64,000 bases of DNA from Moniliella sp. 'wahieum' (taxonomy: Eukaryota). A model generated the notes under the pieces. The model was not told where the DNA came from. It worked only from the letters and a program-made list of their open reading frames with translations, and did no database searches. The stretch covers positions 496,001-560,000 of the forward strand of contig RSEE01000017.1 in the NCBI GenBank assembly GCA_003971905.1, read 5' to 3'. Of this stretch, positions 37,058 through 49,828 are shown piece by piece (the first letter of the stretch is position 1; the number at the start of each line of letters is the position of its first letter). The translations under genes and the position numbers were made by a program.

Positions 37058-39095
37058 ATGGCCGCGTCTTGCTCGCTGTCCCACGCGCTGGCGCGCTGCA
37101 CCCTCGCCTCAGCCCCTGGATCGAGGATGCTGGCCGCGGCACGCACAATCCATGTCTCTGCCCGCGCGGCTGCGCCTGGGTCTTCGCGTGCGCCCCGCTC
37201 GGTCGGCACTCAATATGCATCGTCCTCTCCTGTCCCTCAGACACTCGACGAGCTGCCCTGGTTCATCGAACCTTCTCCCACCGGCCAGGAGCTGGTGGTG
37301 GAACCTAGCGCTGAGCAGTCTCTGCCTGGTTTCGACACCCAGTCCGATGCGATGGCTGTATCCGACGAGCTGCCTTGGTTTACCCAGGATGCCATGGAAG
37401 GCACCCCCGTTCCCAACGAAGATATCCTGCCCGTTGCTGCGTCTGAGTTTCGCGATGGCAGCGTGTACGATAAGGTACCCCGCCCTTCCATCTTGAGTGG
37501 TATGGACATACCCGGTACCGAAGCGCTGCAATACGTACTCCCAAGCCAGCTGGTGGACTTGTACGACATTCTACTCTGGCCCATCATCCCATCTCGTGGC
37601 GCCCCTGTCCCTCCCACCTCCAAATGGCTCATCTTTGGCTTCTTCTCCCTCTTCCTCCTCTGCCGCCCGCCCTTCCATTCGCTTTATTCATGCACCCTCT
37701 CTCTCGTCTGGCAAGCCCACAAAGACAGACTGGGTGGTCATTGTCGAAACTCGCTCCTCCGACAAGAATGACCTTCACACCTTGGCTCAACAGGTTGCCC
37801 AATACGTGCGTATTTCGATCATTCATCTTTTTCTTGACCTTCTAGATACTCACACGCGTTTGCGTACAGCTTGCCCATACTGCACCCCCTCAAACCGCCC
37901 AGGCCTTCTCGGAGGAGTTTAACCAATCTCTCACGCCCGTCTCTACGGACCGAGGAGACATGATCAATGCTCTGGACAACATGTTTAAAAATCCAGTGGG
38001 GCACTATTTCAAGGGCGATGGCAAGATGTACGACGAAGAGAAGGATGCCAAAGAGGTAGCTGGCAAAGCTTGGCGTCCAACGAGAATGCTCAGTCGGCCA
38101 ACGCAAGATGGGATGCGTATGCTTAACAAAGCTGATCCCGAATGTTTGATGTGGAGCATCTGTCACAAGCGTTTCACGTGTCGCAGATGGCTGTTCGCAA
38201 AATCTTAAGATCCAAGTGGACCCCGACGAGTGAAGAGGCCCAGAACCAAGAGAGGCGGCGGCTTGTCCGGAAGGGTTTGGACCAGGCCTCGGGTCCTCGC
38301 GCCCGCAAGCTCATGCTTCAGCGTCTGGAGGCAGCGTTGACGAAACATCGCAACATGCCTCTAAGCGGTGATCATTCAGTCCTAGGAGACGTCCTGACTC
38401 AGGGCTACGATCCACAAACCAAACAGCTCGTTGATTCTGTCAGACGCACTGCCCATCGCGATGCGGTGGAGATGGCGACTGGTCACAAAAAGGAGGCCCA
38501 AAAGTCAAAGGAGCCCAAACCGCTTCAGAAAGTCAAGTATCAAGGGTTGCTTCCTCCGAAGGAAGATCTCGAATCCGGTACGACCAGTGGTCCCAACGCA
38601 TATGTGGAGAATCGCAATGGACCTCGCCCGGGTGGGCCCTGGGCCATGGTGGATGCATCCTGGTGCCAGGTTCACATTGTCACCCCGGAGCTACGCCAGC
38701 GGTTTGAAGAGGAGAAGAAATGGGAAAAGCGAGCGGCTCACGTCGTTCACTATACCCTGGACGGTCTCCCGGAATCTGTCTTCCCTGAACCTCCCGCAGC
38801 GTCTGAGACCAAGCCTGCGCGGAAGGCACTTCCAAAAAGGGCGCTACCCCTCGGCGAGGTGGTAAAAAGTCTTCGCCGCACCCAACCCGGCGGAAGGGAA
38901 AGATGGAGGGGGCCCATGCTCCTCAAGCTTAACCAAGAGAGAGTGTCTTCATGGCCTATACGTCCTTCTCTATGTCGACTGCCAACATTCTCTCATCCCC
39001 CGGACACCACTCATATCTCACCGTATCTTTGTAGTTACAACATGATGATCAAAAGATGTGCCCCTGAGCCTGAACGTCTGAACGTAGCTGACTAG
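37058..39095 (+). CDS. Putative mitochondrial protein with RsfS/Atp25-like halves flanking an Rrg9/Neugrin-like domain; intron ~37806-37869; 3' end approximate
   Basis: Presequence, then DWVVIVETRSSDKNDLHTLAQQVAQY, WRPTRMLSRPTQDGMRML..PE.FDVEHLSQAFHVSQMAVRKILRSKWTPTSEE, and GPWAMVDASWCQVHIVTPELRQRF. Confidence 0.65.
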
Positions 39096-41594
39096 TGACT
39101 GGTCTTTCGCTCAGATTGTTCGCTCTGAGATGAAGGCAGCGGCAGCATATGATGGAGAAGACACAGCAGAGGTGTGGCAGTGGCTGGCGAGCAAGACAGG
39201 GGATGAGGTGGTGCGGATGCAATCAGGCGGAAGGCAGCTCGGAGGCGCAACAGGAAGGAGCGGAACAGAGGCGGAACGGGGCCACCTCGCACAAGCATAT
39301 GATGGAGAAGGACCATTAGTGCATTCGTGCACTAGCATGTGCATGATTGGCCCCCAGCCAGGGCCCTGACATTCATAAGTCCGCAGTGTGTCCCCGTGCG
39401 CAACACATACGAATCCTTCCTGGATCATTGATCAGATAGATCATGCAGCCCAGCGGCTCAGCCACTGAGCGGCCTTGGCAGAGTCACCTAGTCACCCGTC
39501 CGCGTCGCGCATCACGCATCACCTAGTGCAGCGGCTCATTTTGGAGAGAGGCGGGTGAAGCTTGAAGCTTTAAGCTTTAAGCTTGAAGTATGCCGCAACC
39601 CAGGAACACCCGCCCTCGGCTTAATAGTGGCTTTATTCTGCCGACTGAGATGCAGCAAGGATTAATAATGAGTCAAAATACTCCGCTGGAGGGCCATTTG
39701 TCCGCTAGAGCTAATTCTTACGACGAAATGACCCGAATAAACCCGCGTGGCGCCCCTGTTAGTAAGTGCCTGAATAGCCCGCTAGGCACATCTGTATAAC
39801 TTGCGACGATGGTCGATGAGGCCGAGGTCGATGGGGTCGATAAATGGAATGGGCCGAAGAGCCCGATGGACTTGACGACAACACAGGGGTATAGCGGTGA
39901 GGGGATAACATCAAAAGAGTAGCACAGCAGAGCATCCTCTTCCCTAATAGGTAGGTCGATCCAATTTATCGAACCCGGGGAGGCATCTTGTGACTACAGC
40001 GGGATGCATCTTGTGACTACAGCATCCTCATTATCTCTGTGCTGATGTGGTACCTGTGTTCCACCATTGTCGGCAATAGCGACGTGTTTGGGGTAACGGG
40101 TAACAGGGATATCATCGATCACTCGTGGAGTGCGGCCGCGGGAGTGTTACAGGAGAGGCGCGTGCACACGAACAATCTTGAAGTCGCCAGCGTATGAGAA
40201 GATGCCGTCACTAACCGTGTCCCGTATGAGAGTGGGGGTGGCTGTTGCGGTCGGATACACCAGGAGAGCACATCCATGGGAGGCATACGTGCGTTATGCG
40301 TTTTGAGCTCGCCCCCGCGTATTCAAGGCGTTGTTTTCCCCAACCGATCGACCTATGAATAATACGTGTAGCAATCGGAGTTACAAGGCAGGCCAAAGGC
40401 TAAAGCGTCAGCGCATCAGCGCCAAGAGCTTGTGCCTGCTTGTGCTGATCGCTGCCTTTTGTGGGTAAAGAATCGAAAACATGTAGACCTCAGAAGAGCT
40501 CTGTCCGGTCGCTTGCTATACAGAGAGAGGAAGCTTTGATGCATGAGCGGTTGAGCCCCTGTCAACGGCTTCGTCGTTCACCGTTTCTGGTGTGCTGGCT
40601 GTCCCCGGGTTTGCCCGTACAATCGGTTAGTCGCTGGCACAGCCAGTAAACACACTAACCTCTTATCATGTATCAAGCCTCAAGCATCAGGTGCATCAGG
40701 CCTCTGGCCCTGCATCAAATTCCAAGGCACATCTCCAAGCACATCTATCTAATCTTCACGGTTTGGGCTGGCGATTATCGTGCGGACAATATGACGCTTG
40801 AGGTGCTTGAAGCCCTTGGAAGGCGTATCGGAATTGTTGCATCAACCAGCTGTACCGGCCTCTCCCCCGTTTCCCGCATCGATTTGGATGGCGGATGTGG
40901 TCCTGAATCGTTAATCTTAATCACCGGGCTACTGAGCCCCTCTCGCTGAGACTATGAGCGGGTGATGGGTGACTGTTGCCCCGTGCGGTGCAGATGATCG
41001 ATGCCGAAGACCGAAGATTATGATGGCTGAGCGCGAGCGGTCGGATGGCTGATAGGCTGCGTGCGGCTTGGCGCTGCTGGCGATGCATCACGCCTTGCGA
41101 ACCCCGCTTCACTTCACTAGCTATGGCTGATCGATGATTGGGGACGATGCCCCAAACTCTTGTGCCGCGCTTGGGCCTTGCCTGTGCCTTGCCAGTGCCT
41201 GCCAGTGCCTTGCCTGCCTTGCCCCCACAGGAGCAGCTGCGCGATGCAGGACCTGGACGCGGGCGAGGCACTGGGTTTGTCCCGTGCGGCATACTGCATG
41301 CCCGCCCCAGTGGCTGGAGGCGCAGGGCCAGTCCCTCGTCACTTGCCCCTACTCTGTGATATGTGACGAGTCATGCATCATGCATCGTGCTCGCGTGGTA
41401 GTAGAGCCGCCTTGGCCCGCCCAGAACACCCACAGAATTCTTGCAGTTCTGTGACGCGTGACGTGTCTTCCAATCTAGCCAGCCATCAAGTCCGGGTTCT
41501 GTATAAAACCTAACGCCTTCCCGCTCGTTCATGCCGTTCAGCACCACCTCCACCACTCCGCCCTCCCCTCCGAACGCATTCCATCTTCTACACC

Positions 41595-43238
41595 ATGCAT
41601 TCGGAGTCGGTCATCTCTGCGTCCCCACCGAGCGCCTCGGGCGATGACTACTCCCAGTCGGAGAAGAAGGGGCAAGCTCCTTCCACGCATCACGACCCCA
41701 GCACCAAGGGCGACCTCGAGGTCACGAGCTATGCCTTGCCCTTGGAAGACGTCAAAGAGGTCTCTGACGAGGAAGAGAGGACGTATTCGAAGGCGGAAAT
41801 GTGAACTTCCGTACCATGTCCTGGTAAGTGTGCCCCCCGCCCCCTCTTGTCACAGTGCAAAACTTCATCCGTGAAATTGAGCGCGGATGAGCCCCCATGG
41901 GCCTGAGGCTAACCCAGCGCACTACTTCCCGATTTTCCAGGCCTTCAGCTGCTGTCTTGATTGCCAAGTTCCAGTTTGGTATTGGTGTTCTGTCAATCCC
42001 CGACCTTCTCCTCGCTGGGTTTCGTTCCCGGCCTCATCTCCCTCGCCATTCTCTCATTCATCACCACATACGGAGGCATTCTTATTGGCCGCCTGCGTGA
42101 GCGCCATCCCCATATCCACACTGTCTCGGACTTGGGTCAGATTCTGGGCGGCAAGGTGTGCCGTGACCTGTTTGGTGTGGCATATTGGATCCTTGTCGTT
42201 CTCACGGCTGGATCTGGAATCCTTACTGCGTCTATCGCCCTGCAGAACATCTCCGCCGGCCATGGTATCTGCTCTTTGGGATACTCGGGTGTCGTTGCTG
42301 CCGCTGCGTTGGTCCTCGGTGCATGGGCCCGGGAGATGAACAAAATCGCATATGCTGGTTGGGCTGGCATGACGTGCGTGTTCACCTCCATCATGGTACT
42401 CACCATTGCCGTCTTGGTGCGTGATCGCCCCGCGAGCGCTCCCCCTGGCCCAGTGCACAAGGAAGTCTACGCTGTCAACCACGTTCCATTCTACGTGGCT
42501 GTTTCGGCAGTGTCAAACCAAGTCTTTTCTCTCTTGGCCAACGTCACCTTCTACTCCATTGGTGCCGAGATGAAAAACCCGCGGGATTTCCCCAAGGCTG
42601 TTATCGCTGGGCAAGGATTCGTGATTATCTGCTACGTCTTTGTCGGCTGCGCTGTTTACGCTAAGCTCGGCAGTACATTGCCAGCCCTGCGCTGGGATCG
42701 GCTGGGCTCGTGTTCCGTAAGCTCTGCTACTCGATGGCTCTTCCTGGCTTGATTGTTTCCGTGATTATCTACACCCACATTGGTGCCAAGTGGATCTTTG
42801 TCCGTGCGCTTCGCGGTACCCCCCACCTGACCAACACGGGAGTTGTCCACTGGACTGCCTGGATCGGTTCCTACACTGGCTGCCTTGTCCTTGCCTGGGT
42901 CCTCGCCTGTGCGATTCCTATCTTTGATGACCTTCTCGGATTGATCGGCGCGACCGTCGGCTCGCTGTTCAGTATTGTCATTACTGGCGTGACGGCTTCT
43001 ACCTCCTCTCCTCGAAGGAAGACGAGCGCCACGGACGGGTAGCCTGGATCCGTTCTTCTTGGAAGAATGGATTCTCTTCGCCTCGGAAGATGGTCACTCT
43101 TACCGTCGCCTTACTGATCATGGCCGGTGGTGTCTTCCTCATCGGAGCGGGTGTGTACGGGGAGGCCGAGTCCATCGTGCAAGTTTACCGTAACCACGAG
43201 GCTGGCCGGCCTTTCGCTTGCGAAAGCCCAAAAAGTAA
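41595..43238 (+). CDS. AAAP-family (Aa_trans, Mtr-like) amino-acid transporter; intron ~41824-41940
   Basis: Motifs AAVLIAKFQFGIGVLSIP, RHPHIHTVSDLGQILGG, TFYSIGAEMKNPRDFPKA and AIPIFDDLLGLIGA, with multiple TM segments. TATAAAA at ~41502. Confidence 0.92.
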
Positions 43239-45842
43239 ACACTGGCCCGCCTGCGCTCTGTCTTTCATTTCTTCCCTTACATTGCGTGTGCACATTTTCA
43301 TCGCGCCCCTTACGTCCTATTCTGTATTATACAATACCAACTGCACGTTTCCGTTTCACCACACTCCCCTCTTTTCGTAACAGATGCAAATGGTTTTAGC
43401 TTCAATTCATATCAGGGCTTTGCAGTTGACATGGCGAGAAAGGTACTCCGGTTCGTGACAGAGAAAGGCCAGCAGTGGCAGAGACGAAGGGATCGAGAGC
43501 AAGAAGCTGAATAGGATCTTGAGAGCAATAGTATGGGACTAACCAACAGTGAGAGGGAAAAGGGAAGGAAACAGCAGCGACGGATATCCGTGAAGCTTGA
43601 AGCACCCTCCGGTTCACGCCAAGCCCCAACGCATCAAACGGTGGGTTCGCTTTTCATCTGCCTCATTTCCCCGACATGATATGTACAACCCCTATCTCAA
43701 CGCACCCATGTGTTGGGCAGAAGGGGGCTTTAGGCAAAACAGAGAAGTGTGAAGAGAAGCTAAATCGAGATCGAACAGTCTGCTCGCTCCATCTCATACA
43801 CATGTCGAACGTAACACCAGGCTCTAATATCCCCACATACATTTCACCTACACCCGATGCTATCTCTGTCCCGGGGCAATCTCATGGGGCGCGATGTTAT
43901 AAGCGCTTCATAGAAACTGTTCCGACAAAACGTTCTTGTGGTACAATGTTTTTCATGCGCACCGATGAGAAAAGGGCTGTTTCCTTTCGACGAATGGTGT
44001 GCTGTCTCAATAACTATCGATCCCAGGGACTGGCACTGGAAGAGCACACTCGGGGGATATAAATGAGACGATATCCATTCCAATACAACAAGTGCATCCT
44101 CTGTTTTCATAGGAAACAGAAAAAACTCAGTTTTCGCATTGAGCTCTCTGCAGGCGGTCATAGTGATCGCCACGGGCTGAAATCGCAGATATCACGTCTC
44201 GGACGCTAGCCCAACATAGTTGTTGTAAGTGGCTGAGAAGTGAGAGATCCCCTTTACCATCCTTCTGAACAAGAACGTCCGCTTCGGCTGCTCTTCCGTC
44301 TAGTCAAAGGTTTTTGTCTGATGGGGGGACTGTGTGTGGTCAACACCACGGACCCCCTTTTGATCCTGTACATTTCCTCAATATCCATCATGGCCTTGAT
44401 GTCGCCGATGTCGGAAACAATACTATTTATAGTTATGACATCCAGGGTGTCAGCGCCATCCCGGCTATCCACTGCTATCCCTGGTGGCAGTGTCAAGACG
44501 GACGCCACTGAGATCAAATCTGTTATTGACGATCACAAGGACATCCGTGCGATCGGTCTTCAAAGTTCAAGCAGGGCAATGGTCCCTCTGGACCTGCTTT
44601 TATGCAACCTCGATGGTGGCCGGTCAGAGGGGCAGACAGCCTCTCACATCGTATCTTTGTGCGAGGCGATGGCCCCGTGTTCCATCGCTGTTCCGCCTCC
44701 TTGGATGTATTTGCCGCGTATTCGCTACTTGGCCGCAGTTGACCAACGATGGGCCAGACATTTGTGCTCCATGCCTCACCCCACTAATTTTCTTTGCGTC
44801 TCGTCCAACTAACCGATCTGTGGGCGACCGCTATGCGCCTCACTAGGAGACCACCGGGCCCACGGACTGGTCTGTTGAGGCTTCGCCGCAGCCTGTTGGG
44901 CTGGGTTACCGGCGGCACCGTAGCCACCGATCCACCCACCGTTCCACGCTGGATGTCACAGGTGGGGCCTGCTAATAGGAAGAGGTTCACCCAGGTAGTT
45001 GGGGTACAATCCCTTAATGGACGGAAGGTCGACTTGTCGCTCTGAGGGAAGCACCAGAGGGCACAGGCTTCATGTTGGCACCAGAGGGCAGACCAGCTCG
45101 GCAGTACAATGAGTAACCACGCGTGATCACAAGCGTACAGGTGTCTCTCTGAGGGAGGCACCAGAGGGTGGGACGTCTCGGAAAGATGCGCGCCCCAGAG
45201 CGCAAACCAACTCCGTGCCGCATGTGCAAAAAGTGAGGTGTCATGTCCTCTTCGCCGGAGCACATCATGCCTTGCACCCGCACCCAGGCCCATTTTGGTG
45301 CGTTGCATGAGGCAGTAAAGGAAGCCCATTCTCCAGCTCGTGTGCTCCATCCCCGACACCCACCCACAACACGAACCTACTGCCGAGGAAGAGGATGGGA
45401 GGAGGCGCGGACGGAGGGCACAGCGCACTGGCAGGACTTGACTATACTGAATCTCAACAATGAAAATGGTTCCTCGCTCAATGTCTACCACGTTCATCCG
45501 TGTCCACACGCGCTACCTCGGGTACGGGGCCGGATGGCGAGCACCAGAGTGTCCTGATATCCTTGCGATTCAACAGGGGTGGCGCTACCAAGTAACACAC
45601 GCAAAAGATGGACGGGTCGGTTTATGAAGCGTCGCGTTTCCCTGTCCCATCAGCCTTTAAGCTCTGTCACCGGGTCACCCAGGGTGACTAGTGACTAGGG
45701 TGACCGGTGACTAGTGACTAGGGTGACTCGAGGAGGGTTTGCATCCCTCCCCTGAACAGTTCAGTTCCACTTGGATCCTTTCCTTTTTCATCGCCGCCGT
45801 TGCTGTTGGCCACCACCGACCAAACCGATCCTCGTGCCGAGC

Positions 45843-47600
45843 ATGGCCAGTCTTCCTCGCCCGCTCCCGTGCCCGCCAACTCTGGGACTCGGCCGATGCG
45901 GATGGCGTGGGTCTCGGTGTGGGTTCGCTCAGCCTCGACGAGCACTTTGACTCTCTTGGCGAGCACGATGCCCGGCCGCTGGTGCCTCTTCCCTCCTCGC
46001 TGGGGGGCGCTGCTCCTGCCGCGGCCGCGGCCGCGGCTCGCACATATGGTGCGCCCACCAGCGCGTTGCAGGCCTCGGCAGCTTCGCGCCTGGCCGACGA
46101 GCGTCGCCGTCTGCGCGAACTCGAGTTGCAGCGGCGCAAGAATCATGTGGGCCGGCGCAAAGAGCGGCGCGGCCTGAATGTGGCCTTGCTGGGCCATGGG
46201 CTGGGTGCGTTGCTGGAGGATGGACGAGGGGAGGAGGAAGAGGAGGACCGGCGTGGTGCTGGGTTGGCAGGGATGAATTCATGGAAATCCACGTTCCCTC
46301 TCCCGCTGCCGCCGGCGGTGATGCGCTTGTTGCACGATCATCCCGGGTCAGGGTTACCCTCGACGCCTCGGGCGGCGGGGAAGCGAGACAGGCCCCAGCA
46401 TCCCATGGCGATGGCTATGAGCAAGGCCACCTCCGTCCTGCATAGTATTGGACTGCAATTGTCCGACTTGCCACCAACAAGGGAAATCTGGCGCCGCTAT
46501 CCGCAAGCCGCACGTGCCTGGACCCCGCCCCAACCAGGACGGCAACCCCATCCAACACCCACCGCGCTCGTGGGTCAGGAGGAGGAAGGAGAGTTGCATG
46601 CGATGCCCAAGGTGGAGGCGAATGACTATGGTCCGCTCCAAATGGGTGTGATCCAAATGGCCTTGGACATATCTCGCTGGGCCGATTTGCTCGATGCGCG
46701 CGGACGCGCTCGACCAGACGAACTGCCCCTTCCCAGTTCGGACGACGACCCTGATGCGACAATTCACCCGGCCCCACCTGCATCCCAGGAAGGGGATCTG
46801 TCGAGGGACCTGGGTGGACTATGCGTAGAGCGAGACGAGGCTTCAAGGTACACCCAATTGGCCCAGACCCCTTCGTATTTGGTCTGGCATGTGCCTGACC
46901 GATTTGGACGCCTGCTGGTCCATGCCGTGGCAAGGGTGTACGATTGTGGCTCTTTTTCTGTCGAGTTGCCCGTCCTCCCTACTGCTACCGTTCCTTCCAC
47001 CCATCGGGATCGGCCTGGAACTGAGGAGGCCCACCCATCCACTTCCACTTCCACTTCCTTCCCCATCCCCCTCCAGCCCAGATAAAGTTCGGTACACGTT
47101 CCTCACCCATCCCTACCGTCGCTTGCCGTGCAAACGACACGAACTCCTCTCACCTGCACCACAGATCGCATCATTCTTTCTCCCCCACACGCCGGGGCGG
47201 AGCTCGTCGTCGTCGTGCTCCAAGCACCACCTCCGCCGCCTCCTCCGATCACTTCACCACTGCCTCCCTTGCCCATGCCTCCTCCCGCTCCCGCAGCCCA
47301 GGCACCAGCATCACGTCCGCTGCTTCGGTCTTGTCGGTGTCGGAGGAAGAGTGGTGGGAGGATGCTGAGGTAGAGGAAGCAAAGCAAGACTCAGAGCAAG
47401 AGCCTGAGGCAGAAGCAGAAGTGCCCATGGTACGCGTACATGCGCCGTTGCCAGGTGCGTTGGGACGGAACCGAGGTCGGAATGCTGGCTCGTGGACTGA
47501 GAGCGACGTTTCGGGGGCCGAGTCCTCTCGGCCTCCGAGGTGGAGGAGACATGAACATGTGGAAACGAGTACGAGCGGGCGCACAATCAGATACGGGTAC
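45843..47600 (+). CDS. R3H-associated (R3HDM4-like) protein; frameshifted, 3' end approximate
   Basis: GRRKERR motif in the N-terminal region, an R3H-like segment VWHVPDRFGRLLVHAVARVYDCGSFS, and an acidic low-complexity tail. Confidence 0.6.
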
Positions 47601-47852
47601 ACTGCCAAAGTGGTTGTGTGTGCACGTTTATGTTCCGATCCTGCTGTACTGTATGTACTTTCCTATGCCATCGGAGTCCCCATTTCCCTTTGTCGAATCG
47701 TAGCAGAGCAAAAACGGTCGAGTTCATTGTTTGGGGTAAACGTAAGAGTGGAATCACGAGTTTGCCCGCACAGCGGACGGGGTATGGGGGTTCTCCACCT
47801 CTGGTGCAGGTGATCCTTTTGGCAAGCCAGGGAAAGGAGCGGGACAAGGGAA

Positions 47853-47920
47853 GGAGCAACGAGCGGAGCAACGAGCAGAGCAACGAGCAGGGCAACGAGC
47901 GGAGCAAGGAGAGGAGCAAA
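47853..47920 (+). repeat. 12-bp tandem repeat (gagcaacgagcR)n
   Basis: gagcaacgagcggagcaacgagcagagcaacgagcagggcaacgagcggagcaag. Confidence 0.8.
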
Positions 47921-48399
47921 GAAGATAGAGCATGGTGTGAATTCTCACACAAGAGACGAAGCAATGCAGAGCAGAGATTTGGGGGCAGGGCGGGCGGGAA
48001 TCATTAATCACCCCCGGGAAGAACGAATGGGCAAGCGAGGCCGGCTGCGGTCGAGTCACGGGGACTTCAAGCGCCCGATGGTCAGAACTGATACGTGCCA
48101 GACCCAGTAGAGGGAATACGATCTTCAAACGAAGCAGGAGGCAAGAGGGAAGTCCTCACGGGTAAGCAAGCAGCTAGGTGGTTTGGTCATTTGCACCACC
48201 GCCATTCTCCTCTTTGAACTTGGTCAGGGTCCTGCTTCACCGCCCGCATCGTCCGTAGATCCAACGCCAGACCGACGTGCTGTCCCGTCCCCCCGCTCGC
48301 TTCCCCCCGTTCAGCCAAACTCGAGGGGCGGACAGGTCGAGCAGCCGAGCGGGGGGGCAGGGTGGGTTGGGTAACGAAGTAAGGAGGTGGAGCAAGCGA

Positions 48400-49828
48400 A
48401 GGCGCTCGTGTGGGAGCGCATGTTGGTCTTCCTCGGCCACAGGTGGAGCGGTAGACGATTGGCTCGGTCAGCGGCGTGCGTCAAACTCAAAGAACTTAGG
48501 TTGGCACCGAGAGAACGGACGTTACTGCCTCCCCTAGCCCGCGGGGGCGACGGCACCCCGCTCGTGCGTCCTGTCGAGGTAGCTCGGGCAGGTGCGGATG
48601 TGGACCCACCCCCACCGTCGTGCGGCACGGTGGTAGTGGCTCGTCGCCACATCGACCCAAGTTTGAACGACCAGACTCGGTGGGTTGGGGCACGCGTTTG
48701 GGCAGAGACCTAACCGGGGGATCTGGCGGAACGGCTTCGTCCCCCGGCTCGAGCGAGGCAGTGGAATCGACAGGTAAGGGAGGTAGGTGCAAGCGCGTCG
48801 CATGGGTGTACTCTTCCTGCTCTGGCGGGGAGGTAGTAGGGCCCAACCGCTGGACGCTGGATCGGGAGGCAACAGAGCAATGTACTCCTTAAGTGCTTTC
48901 AGACACACGTCCGAAGCCCACCGCGCTTCCTTGACTTGGTCCAGCTCGTCTCGCGTCTGGTTCAACTCGCTCCGCAGCCGGTCGAGCTCGGTACGTTGAG
49001 CGCGAGTTGGGCCTGCAGTCGTTCCGGGGACATGGGGGGTACACTAGTAGGCCGTCCGTTCACCCCGCCTTTTCTCCTTTTCGTCTGTGCCAAGCATACG
49101 GGCCGGACGCTGAGCCGCCTCTCCTTCGTGCGCGTCGACAGGACCAGGGCGCGCAATAGGAAAGTGCCTACGCCCAGACTAGGGGGACGGGAAGGGTGCT
49201 ACCGTGTAGCAGACCGAGGACGAAGAGAGGAGGCAATAGTGCTGAGCCCACGCACGCTGCTGGCAGTGCTGGGGTGGTTCGCGGTGTCCGATCCGGCGCC
49301 CAGACCGACAGGAGACGACGTAGACGTATCGTCCAACGAGGACAGGATGGGGGATGTACGGCTACCAGGGGTGGCAACGGGCGAGGTGGAGGTAGAGGCA
49401 CTGGCACTGGCCCGCGTGGTGGGTTGGGAAGCAGATGTGGTCGTTGTGCCCTGTTGGTCTGGGGGTTGCAACTGCCTACAGCCGGAGCGAGTCAGCCAAG
49501 CGTACGCAAGTCGCGCACTGTGCCCGCCTCTCGTTCCGCCCGGACCACCGCCTCGTCCCGCTCGTCGCACACACGCGCCAACTGAGCACGCAAAGGTCCA
49601 GTACCTCAGCCTGTTCCCGCCCGTCTGCTGGGCAGCTAGAGCGAGCGCCTCATCGTCCGCCTCGGCCGCTGCGCGGTGGCAAGGTGGTCGTGCGCGCGTG
49701 GTGGCACTCAGTGCGCGCGCTTGCCACGCAGCATGCACCAGAGCAGCAATGATGTGCCGCAGCTCGGACGGACTGTCACTGCTATCGGCGTCGGGGGTCG
49801 GGAAGGGTGGCGCGTCCGACAACGACAT
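48400..49828 (-). CDS. Hypothetical coiled-coil protein; frameshifted, 3' end approximate
   Basis: ATG 49828 (MSLSDAPPF), Ser/Thr-rich middle, heptad segment ELDRLRSELNQTRDELDQVKEARWASDVCLKALKEYI. Confidence 0.55.

Noticed and set aside
39983..40023. Short direct duplication gcatcttgtgactacagc x2
   Set aside because: It is a local tandem duplication with only a few bases between copies, with no evidence of function or an inserted element.
45666..45728. CRISPR-like repeat array
   Set aside because: Units are 7-9 bp with no unique spacers, the context is eukaryotic, and there are no cas genes.
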